From contig CM022665.1 in NCBI GenBank assembly GCA_012295275.1, positions 47,864,001 through 47,928,000 on the forward strand: a stretch of DNA of 64,000 bases, in the 5' to 3' direction. Source of the stretch: Chrysomallon squamiferum (taxonomy: Eukaryota > Animalia > Mollusca). The position numbers were made by a program, and so were the translations under genes. The notes beneath the pieces are model-generated. The model saw nothing but the letters and a program-made list of their open reading frames with translations. It was not told where the DNA came from and did not search any database. How positions within the stretch are numbered: position 1 is the first letter of the stretch; each line of letters opens with the position of its first letter. Positions 26,064 to 38,000 of the stretch are shown here, piece by piece.

Positions 26064-29000
26064 TTTTCAAACGCATTTTCAAAGGTGCAGCACCTTTGGA
26101 AAATGTTGAAACCATTTTGCCACACTCGCCCCCGACGGCGCGCACCTTTGCACACGTTGAAATATTTTTCCCGACAGGACGGAATAGTGCCACACGGATT
26201 TTCAACTTTTGAAAATCGAATTTTTTCAAGTTTCGTTGAAAATGCTAGGGGTACCTTTTTCAAAGTGCAATAACTTTTTCTGTGCACGTGGGAAAAATCG
26301 GGCGCACATACCCAAAAGTGGGGCAAGGGTTGCCCTACACGGGTGAAAAGTGCCGCACGCCGCACCCAAGGGGAACAACTCGTTTCCGACACGTGCACAA
26401 AAAACGCACATATTTTTTTGAAAATTTGCTCGTTTTTTTTTTTTTCAACGCATTTTCTAAAGGTGCAGCACCTTTGGAAAATGTTGGAAACCATTTTGCC
26501 ACACTCGCCCCGACGGCGCGCACCTTTTGCACACGTTGAAATATTTTTCCCGACAGGACGGAATAGTGCCACACGGATTTTCAACTTTTGAAAATCGAAT
26601 TTTTTCAAGTTTCGTTGAAAATGCTAGGGGTACCTTATTCAAAGTGCAATAACTTTTTCTGTGCACGTGGGAAAAATCGGGCGCACAAAAAGTGGGTAAG
26701 GGTTGCCCCCTACACACGGGTGAAAAGTGCCGCACGCCGCACCCAAGGGGAACAACTCGTTTCCGACACGCACAAAAACGCATGTTTTTTTTTGAAAATT
26801 TGCTCGTTTTTTTTCAAACGCATTTTCTAAAGGTGCAGCACCTTTGAAAATGTTGGAAACCATTTTGCCACACTCGCCCCGACGGCGCGCACCTTTTGCA
26901 CACGTTGAAATATTTTTCCCGACAGGACGGAATAGTGCCACACGGATTTTCAACTTTTGAAAATCGAATTTTTTCAAGTTTCGTTGAAAATGCTAGGGGT
27001 ACCTTATTCAAAGTGCAATAACTTTTTCTGTGCACGTGGGAAAAATCGGGCGCACATACCCAAAAGTGGGGCAAGGGTTGCCCTACACGGGTGAAAAGTG
27101 CCGCACGCCGCACCCAAGGGGAACAACTCGTTTCCGACACGTGCACAAAAAACGCACATGTTTTTGAAAATTTGCTCGTTTTTTTCAAACGCATTTTCTA
27201 AAGGTGCAGCACCTTTGGAAAATGTTGGAAACCATTTTGCCACACTTCGCCCCCCGACGGCGCGCACCTTTTTTGCACACGTTGAAATATTTTTCCCGAC
27301 AGGACGGAATAGTGCCACACGGATTTTCAACTTTTGAAAATCGAATTTTTTCAAGTTTCGTTGAAAATGCTAGGGGTACCTTATTCAAAGTGCAATAACT
27401 TTTTCTGTGCACGTGGGAAAAATCGGGCGCACATACCCAAAAAGTGGGCAAGGGTTGCCCTACACGGGTGAAAAGTGCCGCACGCCGCACCCAAGGGGAA
27501 CAACTCGTTTCCGACACGTGCACAAAAAACGCACATATTTTTGAAAATTTGCTCGTTTTTTTTCAAACGCATTTTCTAAAGGTGCAGCACCTTTGGAAAA
27601 TGTTGGAAACCATTTTGCCACACTCGCCCCGACGGCGCGCACCTTTTGCACACGTTGAAATATTTTTCCCGACAGGACGGAATAGTGCCACACGGATTTT
27701 CAACTTTTGAAAATCGAATTTTTTCAAGTTTCGTTGAAAATGCTAGGGGTACCTTTTTCAAAGTGCAATAACTTTTTCTGCACGTGGAAAAATCGGGCGC
27801 ACATACCCAAAAGTGGGGGGGTTGGGTTGCCACACGGGTGAAAAGTGCCGCACGCCGCACCCAAGGGGAACAACTCGTTTCCGACACGTGCACAAAAAAC
27901 ACATGTTTTTTTGAAAATTTGCTCGTTTTTTTTTCAAACGCATTTTCTAAAGGTGCAGCACCTTTGGAAAATGTTGGAAACCATTTTGCCACACTCGCCC
28001 CGACGGCGCGCACCTTTTGCACACGTTGAAATATTTTTCCCGACAGGACGGAATAGTGCCACACGGATTTTCAACTTTTTTGAAAATCGAATTTTTCAAG
28101 TTTCGTTGAAAATGCTAGGGGTACCTTTATTCAAAGTGCAATAACTTTTTCTGTGCACGTGGGAAAAATCGGGCGCACATACCCAAAAGTGGGGCAAGGG
28201 TTGCCCTACACGGGTGAAAAGTGCCGCACGCCGCACCCAAGGGGAACAACTCGTTTCCGACACGTGCACAAAAAACGCACATGTTTTTGAAAATTTGCTC
28301 GTTTTTTTTTCAAACGCATTTTCTAAAGGTGCAGCACCTTTGGAAAATGTTGGAAACCATTTTGCCACACTCGCCCCGACGGCGCGCACCTTTTGCACAC
28401 GTTGAAATATTTTTCCCGACAGGACGGAATAGTGCCACACGGATTTTCAACTTTTGAAAATCGAATTTTTTCAAGTTTCGTTGAAAATGCTAGGGGTACC
28501 TTATTCAAAGTGCAATAACTTTTTTTGTGCACGTGGAAAAAAAATCGGGCGCACATACCCAAAAAAAGTGGGGCAAGGGTTGCCCTACACGGGTGAAAAG
28601 TGCCGCACGCCGCACCCAAGGGGAACAACTCGTTTCCGACACGCACACAAAAAACGCACATATTTTTGAAAATTTGCTCGTTTTTTTTCAAACGCATTTT
28701 CTAAAGGTGCAGCACCTTTGAAAAAATGTTGAAACCATTTTGCCACACTCGCCCCGACGGCGCGCACCTTTTTGCACGTTGAAATATTTTTCCCGACAGG
28801 ACGGAATAGTGCCACACGGATTTTCAACTTTTGAAAATCGAATTTTTTCAAGTTTCGTTGAAAATGCTAGGGGTACCTTATTCAAAGTGCAATAACTTTT
28901 TCTGTGCACGTGGGAAAAATCGGCGCACATACCCAAAAAAAAGGGGTGCCCCACACGGGTGAAAAGAGCCGCACGCCGCACCCAAGGGGAACAACTCGTT

Positions 29001-32000
29001 TCCGACACGTGCACAAAAAACGCACATGTTTTTGAAAATTTGCTCGTTTTTTTTTCAAACGCATTTTCTAAAGGTGCAGCACCTTTGGAAAATGTTGGAA
29101 ACCATTTTGCCACACTCGCCCCGACGGCGCGCACCTTTTGCACACGTTGAAATATTTTTCCCGACAGGACGGAATAGTGCCACACGGATTTTCAACTTTT
29201 GAAAATCGAATTTTTTCAAGTTTCGTTGAAAATGCTAGGGGTACCTTATTCAAAGTGCAATAACTTTTTCTGTGCACGTGGGAAAAATCGGGCGCACATA
29301 CCCAAAAGTGGGGCAAGGGTTGCCCTACACGGGTGAAAAGTGCCGCACGCCGCACCCAAGGGGAACAACTCGTTTCCGACACGTGCACAAAAAACGCACA
29401 TATGTTTTTGAAAATTTGCTCGTTTTTTTTTTTCAACGCATTTTCTAAAGGTGCAGCACCTTTGGAAAATGTTGAAACCATTTTTTGCACACTCGCCCCG
29501 ACGGCGCGCACCTTTTGCACACGTTGAAATATTTTTCCCGACAGGACGGAATAGTGCCACACGGATTTTCAACTTTTGAAAATCGAATTTTTCAAGTTTT
29601 TTTGTTGAAAAAAATGCTAGGGGTACCTTATTCAAAGTGCAATAACTTTTTCTGTGCACGTGGGAAAAATCGCGCACATACCCAAAAAAAAAAGGGGGCA
29701 AGGGTTGCCCCACACGGGTGAAAAGTGCCGCACGCCGCACCCAAGGGGAACAACTCGTTTCCGACACGTGCACAAAAAACGCACATGTTTTTGAAAATTT
29801 GCTCGTTTTTTTTTTCAAACGCATTTTCTAAAGGTGCAGCACCTTTGGAAAATGTTGGAAACCATTTTGCCACACTCGCCCCGACGGCGCGCACCTTTTG
29901 CACACGTTGAAATATTTTTCCCGACAGGACGGAATAGTGCCACACGGATTTTCAACTTTTGAAAATCGAATTTTTTTTCTTTTTTCAAGTTGAAAATGCT
30001 AGGGGTACCTTTTTCAAAGTGCAATAACTTTTTCTGTGCACGTGGGAAAAATCGGGCGCACATACCCAAAAGTGGGGCAAGGGTTGCCCTACACGGGTGA
30101 AAAGTGCCGCACGCCGCACCCAAGGGGAACAACTCGTTTCCGACACGTGCACAAAAAACGCACATGTTTTTGAAAATTTGCTCGTTTTTTTTTCAAACGC
30201 ATTTTCTAAAGGTGCAGCACCTTTGGAAAATGTTGGAAACCATTTTGCCACACTCGCGCCCCCGACGGCGCGCACCTTTTGCACACGTTGACGGCGCGCA
30301 CCTTTTGCACACGTTGAAATATTTTTCCCGACAGGACGGAATAGTGCCACACGGATTTTCAACTTTTGAAAATCGAATTTTTTCAAGTTTCGTTGAAAAT
30401 GCTAGGGGTACCTTTTTCAAAGTGCAATAACTTTTTCTGTGCACGTGGGAAAAATCGGGCGCACATACCCAAAAGTGGGGCAAGGGTTGCCCTACACGGG
30501 TGAAAAGTGCCGCACGCCGCACCCAAGGGGAACAACTCGTTTCCGACACGTGCACAAAAAACGCACATGTTTTTGAAAATTTGCTCGTTTTTTTTTCAAA
30601 CGCATTTTCTAAAGGTGCAGCACCTTTGGAAAATGTTGGAAACCATTTTGCCACACTCGCCCCGACGGCGCGCACCTTTTGCACACGTTGAAATATTTTT
30701 CCCGACAGGACGGAATAGTGCCACACGGATTTTCAACTTTTGAAAATCGAATTTTTTCAAGATTCGTTGAAAATGCTAGGGGTACCTTTTCAAAGTGCAA
30801 TAACTTTTTCTGTGCACGTGGGAAAAATCGGGCGCACATACCCAAAAGTGGGGCAAGGGTTGCCCTACACGGGTGAAAAGTGCCGCACGCCGCACCCAAG
30901 GGGAACAACTCGTTTCCGACACGTGCACAAAAAACGCACATGTTTTTGAAAATTTGCTCGTTTTTTTTTCAAACGCATTTTCTAAAGGTGCAGCACCTTT
31001 GGAAAATGTTGGAAACCATTTTGCCACACTCGCCCCGACGGCGCGCACCTTTTGCACACGTTGAAATATTTTTCCCGACAGGACGGAATAGTGCCACACG
31101 GATTTTCAACTTTTGAAAATCGAATTTTTTCAAGTTTCGTTGAAAATGCTAGGGGTACCTTTTTCAAAGTGCAATAACTTTTTCTGTGCACGTGGGAAAA
31201 ATCGGGCGCACATACCCAAAAGTGGGGCGGGGTTGCCCCAAAACGGGTGAAAAGTGCCGCACGCCGCAAAAGTGCCGCACGCCGCACCCAGGGGAAACAA
31301 CTCGTTTCCGACACGTGCACAAAAAACGCACATGTTTTTGAAAATTTGCTCGTTTTTTTTTCAAACGCATTTTCTAAAGGTGCAGCACCTTTGGAAAATG
31401 TTGGAAACCATTTTGCCACACTCGCCCCGACGGCGCGCACCTTTTGCACACGTTGAAATATTTTTCCCGACAGGACGGAATAGTGCCACACGGATTTTCA
31501 ACTTTTGAAAATCGAATTTTTTCAAGTTTCGTTGAAAATGCTAGGGGTACCTTTTTCAAAGTGCAATAACTTTTTCTGTGCACGTGGGAAAAATCGGGCG
31601 CACATACCCAAAAGTGGGGCAAGGGTTGCCCTACACGGGTGAAAAGTGCCGCACGCCGCACCCAAGGGGAACAACTCGTTTCCGACACGTGCACAAAAAA
31701 CGCACATGTTTTTGAAAATTTGCTCGTTTTTTTTTCAACGCATTTTCTAAAGGTGCAGCACCTTTGGAAAATGTTGGAAACCATTTTGCCACACTCGCCC
31801 CGACGGCGCGCACCTTTTGCACACGTTGAAATATTTTTCCCGACAGGACGGAATAGTGCCACACGGATTTTCAACTTTTGAAAATCGAATTTTTTCAAGT
31901 TTCGTTGAAAATGCTAGGGGTACCTTATTCAAAGTGCAATAACTTTTTCTGTGCACGTGGGAAAAATCGGGCGCACATACCCAAAAGTGGGGCAAGGGTT

Positions 32001-35000
32001 GCCCTACACGGGTGAAAAGTGCCGCACGCCGCACCCAAGGGGAACAACTCGTTTCCGACACGTGCACAAAAAACGCACATATTTTTGAAAATTTGCTCGT
32101 TTTTTTTTCAAACGCATTTTCTAAAGGTGCAGCACCTTTGGAAAATGTTGGAAACCATTTTGCCACACTCGCCCCGACGGCGCGCACCTTTTGCACACGT
32201 TGAAATATTTTTCCCGACAGGACGGAATAGTGCCACACGGATTTTCAACTTTTGAAAATCGAATTTTTTCAAGTTTCGTTGAAAATGCTAGGGGTACCTT
32301 TTTCAAAGTGCAATAACTTTTTCTGTGCACGTGGGAAAAATAGGGCGCACATACCCAAAAGTGGGGGGGGGGTTGCCCCACACGGGTGAACACGGGTGAA
32401 AAGTGCCGCACGCCGCACCCAAGGGGAACAACTCGTTTCCGACACGTGCACAAAAAACGCACATGTTTTTGAAAATTTTTTTCGTTTTTTTTGCTTTTTT
32501 TTTCAAACGCATTTTCTAAAGGTGCAGCACCTTTGGAAAATGTTGGAAACCATTTTGCCACACTTTTTTGGCGCGCACCTTTTGCACACGTTGAAATATT
32601 TTTCCCGACAGGACGGAATAGTGCCACACGGATTTTCAACTTTTGAAAATCGAATTTTTTCAAGTTTCGTTGAAAATGCTAGGGGTACCTTATTCAAAGT
32701 GCAATAACTTTTTCTGTGCACGTGGGAAAAATCGGGCGCACATACCCAAAAGTGGGGCAAGGGTTGCCCTACACGGGTGAAAAGTGCCGCACGCCGCACC
32801 CAAGGGGAACAACTCGTTTCCGACACGTGCACAAAAAACGCACATGTTTTTGAAAATTTGCTCGTTTTTTTTTTAAACGCATTTTCTAAAGGTGCAGCAC
32901 CTTTGGAAAATGTTGGAAACCATTTTGCCACACTCGCCCCGACGGCGCGCACCTTTTGCACACGTTGAAATATTTTTCCCGACAGGACGGAATAGTGCCA
33001 CACGGATTTTCAACTTTTGAAAATCGAATTTTTTCAAGTTTCGTTGAAAATGCTAGGGGTACCTTTTTCAAAGTGCAATAACTTTTTCTGTGCACGTGGG
33101 AAAAATCGGGCGCACATACCCAAAAAGTGGGGGGGTGCCCTACACGGGTGAAAAAAAGTGCCGCACGCCGCACCCAAGGGGAACAACTCGTTTCCGACAC
33201 GTGCACAAAAAACGCACATGTTTTTGAAAATTTGCTCGTTTTTTTTTCAAACGCATTTTCTAAAGGTGCAGCACCTTTGGAAAATGTTGGAAACCATTTT
33301 GCCACACTCGCCCCGACGGCGCGCACCTTTTGCACACGTTGAAATATTTTTCCCGACAGGACGGAATAGTGCCACACGGATTTTCAACTTTTGAAAATCG
33401 AATTTTTTCAAGTTTCGTTGAAAATGCTAGGGGTACCTTTTTCAAAGTGCAATAACTTTTTCTGTGCACGTGGGAAAAATCGGGCGCACATACCCAAAAG
33501 TAGGGCAAGGGTTGCCCTACACGGGTGAAAAGTGCCGCACGCCGCACCCAAGGGGAACAACTCGTTTCCGACACGTGCACAAAAAACGCACATGTTTTTT
33601 TGAAATTTGCTCGTTTTTTTTTTTTCAACGCATTTTCTAAAGGTGCAGCACCTTTGAAAATGTTGGAAACCATTTTGCCACACTTCGCCCCCCGACGGCG
33701 CGCACCTTTTTGCACACGTTGAAATATTTTTCCCGACAGGACGGAATAGAATAGGACGGACACGGATTTTCAACTTTTGAAAATCGAATTTTTTCAAGTT
33801 TCGTTGAAAATGCTAGGGGTACCTTTTTCAAAGTGCAATAACTTTTTTTTGTGCACACGCACGGAAAAAATCGGGCGCACATACCCAAAAGTGGGGCAAG
33901 GGTTGCCCTACACGGGTGAAAAGTGCCGCACGCCGCACCCAAGGGGAACAACTCGTTTCCGACACGTGCACAAAAAACGCACATGTTTTTGAAAATTTGC
34001 TCGTTTTTTTTTCAAACGCATTTTCTAAAGGTGCAGCACCTTTGGAAAATGTTGGAAACCATTTTGCCACACTCGCCCCGACGGCGCGCACCTTTTGCAC
34101 ACGTTGAAATATTTTTCCTGACAAGACGGAATAGTGCCACACGGATTTTCAACTTTTGAAAATCGAATTTTTTCAAGTTTCGTTGAAAATGCTTTACCTT
34201 TTTTCAAAGTGCAATAACTTTTTTTGTGCACGTTTTTTTGCCCTTTACACGGGTGAAAAGCCGCACGCCGCACCCAAGGGGAACAACTCGTTTCCGACAC
34301 GTGCACAAAAAACGCACATGTTTTTGAGAAATTTGCTCGTTTTTTTTTCAAACGCATTTTCTAAAGGTGCAGCACCTTTTGAAAATGTTGGAAACCATTT
34401 TGCCACACTCCGGACGGCGCGCACCTTTTGCACACGTTGAAATATTTTTCCCGACAGGACGGGACAAGATTGCCCCACGGATTTTCAACGGGTGAAAAGA
34501 ATTTTTTTTTGAAAATCGCCGCACGCCGCACCTTTTTCAAAGGGGAACAACTCGTTTCCGACCGCACCCAAAACAACAAAAACGCACAAAAACGCAAATT
34601 TTTTTTTTTTTGCTCGTTTTTTTTTCAAACGCATTTTCTAAAGGTGCAGCACCTTTGGAAAATGTTGGAAACCATTTTGCCACACTCGCCCCGACGGCGC
34701 GCACCTTTTGCACACGTTGAAATATTTTTCCCGACAGGACGGAATAGTGCCACACGGATTTTCAACTTTTGAAAATCGAATTTTTTCAAGTTTCGTTGAA
34801 AATGCTAGGGGTACCTTTTTCAAAGTGCAATAACTTTTTCTGTGCACGTGGGAAAAATCGGGCGCACATACCCAAAAGTGGGGCAAGGGTTGCCCTACAC
34901 GGGTGAAAAGTGCCGCACGCCGCACCCAAGGGGAACAACTCGTTTCCGACACGTGCACAAAAAACGCACATGTTTTTGAAAATTTGCTCGTTTTTTTTTC

Positions 35001-38000
35001 AAACGCATTTTCTAAAGGTGCAGCACCTTTGGAAAATGTTGGAAACCATTTTGCCACACTCGCCCCGACGGCGCGCACCTTTTGCACACGTTGAAATATT
35101 TTTCCCGACAGGACGGAATAGTGCCACACGGATTTTCAACTTTTGAAAATCGAATTTTTTCAAGTTTCGTTGAAAATGCTAGGGGTACCTTTTTCAAAGT
35201 GCAATAACTTTTTCTGTGCACGTGGGAAAAATCTGGGGCACATACCCAAAAAAAAAAGGGGGTGCCCCACACGGGTGAAAAAAAGTGCCGCACGCCGCAC
35301 CCAAGGGGAACAACTCGTTTCCGACACGTGCACAAAAAAACGCACATGTTTTTTTGAAAATTTGCTCGTTTTTTTTTTTTTTTTTCTAAAGGTGCAGCAC
35401 CTTTGGAAAATGTTGGAAACCATTTTGCCACACTTTTTGCCACACTCGCCCCGACGGCGCGCACCTTTTGCACACGTTGAAATATTTTTCCCGACAGGAC
35501 GGAATAGTGCCACACGGATTTTCAACTTTTGAAAATCGAATTTTTTCAAGTTTCGTTGAAAATGCTAGGGGTACCTTTTTCAAAGTGCAATAACTTTTTC
35601 TGTGCACGTGGGAAAAATCGGGCGCAATACCCAAAAGTGGGGCAAGGGTGCCCTACACGGGTGAAAAGTGCCGCACGCCGCACCCAAGGGGGGAACAACT
35701 CGTTTCCGACACGCACAAAAAAACATGTTTTTTTGAAAATTTGCTCGTTTTTTTTTTTTTCAAACGCATTTTCTAAAGGTGCAGCACCTTTGGAAAATGT
35801 TGGAAACCATTTTGCCACACTCGCCCCGACGGCGCGCACCTTTTGCACACGTTGAAATATTTTTCCCGACAGGACGGAATAGTGCCACACGGATTTTCAA
35901 CTTTTGAAAATCGAATTTTTTCATTTTTCGTTGAAAATGCTAGGGGTACCTTTTTCAAAGTGCAATAACTTTTTCTGTGCACGTGGGAAAAATCGGGCGC
36001 ACATACCCAAAAGTGGGGCAAGGGTTGCCCTACACGGGTGAAAAGTGCCGCACGCCGCACCCAAGGGGAACAACTCGTTTCCGACACGTGCACAAAAAAC
36101 GCACATGTTTTTGAAAATTTGCTCGTTTTTTTTTCACGCATTTTCTAAAGGTGCAGCACCTTTGGAAAATGTTGGAAACCATTTTGCCACACTTTGCCCC
36201 GACGGCGCGCACGCACCACCTTGCACACGTTGAAATATTTTTCCCGACAGGACGGAATAGTGCCACACGGATTTTCAACTTTTGAAAATCGAATTTTTTC
36301 AAGTTTCGTTGAAAATGCTAGGGGTACCTTTTTCAAAGTGCAATAACTTTTTCTGTGCACGTGGGAAAAATCGGGCGCACATACCCAAAAGTCGGGCGCA
36401 ACCCAAAGGGGGGTTGGTTGCCCACGGGTGGTGGTGCCGCACGCCGCACCCGCACCCAAGGGGAACAACTCGTTTCCGACACGTGCACAAAAAACGCACA
36501 TGTTTTTGAAAATTTGCTCGTTTTTTTTTCAAACGCATTTTCTAAAGGTGCAGCACCTTTGGAAAATGTTGGAAACCATTTTGCCACACTCGCCCCGACG
36601 GCGCGCACCTTTTGCACACGTTGAAATATTTTTCCCGACAGGACGGAATAGTGCCACACGGATTTTCAACTTTTGAAAATCGAATTTTTTCAAGTTTCGT
36701 TGAAAATGCTAGGGGTACCTTATTCAAAGTGCAATAACTTTTTCTGTGCACGAAAAATCGGGGGCAACTTTTCATACCCAAAAAAACGTGGGGCAAAATT
36801 TGCTCGGTTGCCCTAAAACGGGTGAAAAGTGCCGCACGCCGCAAAAAAAAGGGAACAACAACGTTTCCGACACGGCACAAAAAAAACATGTTTTTGAAAA
36901 TTTGCTCGTTTTTTTTCAAACGCATTTTTCAAAAAAACGCACATGCAGCATTTTCTAAAGGTGCAGCACCTTTGGAAAATGTTGGAAACCATTTTGCCAC
37001 ACTCGCCCCGACGGCGCGCACCTTTTGCACACGTTGAAATATTTTTCCCGACAGGACGGAATAGTGCCACACGGATTTTCAACTTTTGAAAATCGAATTT
37101 TTTCAAGTTTCGTTGAAAATGCTAGGGGTACCTTTTTCAAAGTGCAATAACTTTTTCTGTGCACGTGGGAAAAATCGGGCGCACATACCCAAAAGTGGGG
37201 CAAGGGTTGCCCTACACGGGTGAAAAGTGCCGCACGCCGCACCCAAGGGGAACAACTCGTTTCCGACACGTGCACAAAAAACGCACATGTTTTTGAAAAT
37301 TTGCTCGTTTTTTTTTCAAACGCATTTTCTAAAGGTGCAGCACCTTTGGAAAATGTTGGAAACCATTTTGCCACACTCGCCCCGACGGCGCGCACCTTTT
37401 GCACACGTTGAAATATTTTTCCCGACAGGACGGAATAGTGCCACACGGATTTTCAACTTTTGAAAATCGAATTTTTCAAGTTTCGTTGAAAATGCTAGGG
37501 GTACCTTTTTCAAAGTGCAATAACTTTTTCTGTGCACGTGGGAAAAATCGGGCGCACATACCCAAAAGTGGGGCAAGGGTTGCCCTACACGGGTGAAAAG
37601 TGCCGCACGCCGCACCCAAGGGGAACAACTCGTTTCCGACACGTGCACAAAAAACGCACATGTTTTTGAAAATTTGCTCGTTTTTTTTTTCAAACGCATT
37701 TTCTAAAGGTGCAGCACCTTTGGAAAATGTTGGAAACCATTTTGCCACACTCGCCCCGACGGCGCGCACCTTTTGCACACGTTGAAATATTTTTCCCGAC
37801 AGGACGGAATAGTGCCACACGGATTTTCAACTTTTGAAAATCGAATTTTTTCAAGTTTCGTTGAAAATGCTAGGGGTACCTTTTTCAAAGTGCAATAACT
37901 TTTTCTGTGCACGTGGGAAAAATCGGGCGCACATACCCAAAAAAAGGGGGTGGTTGCCCCCCTCACGGGTGAAAAGTGCCGCACGCCGCACCCAAGGGGA

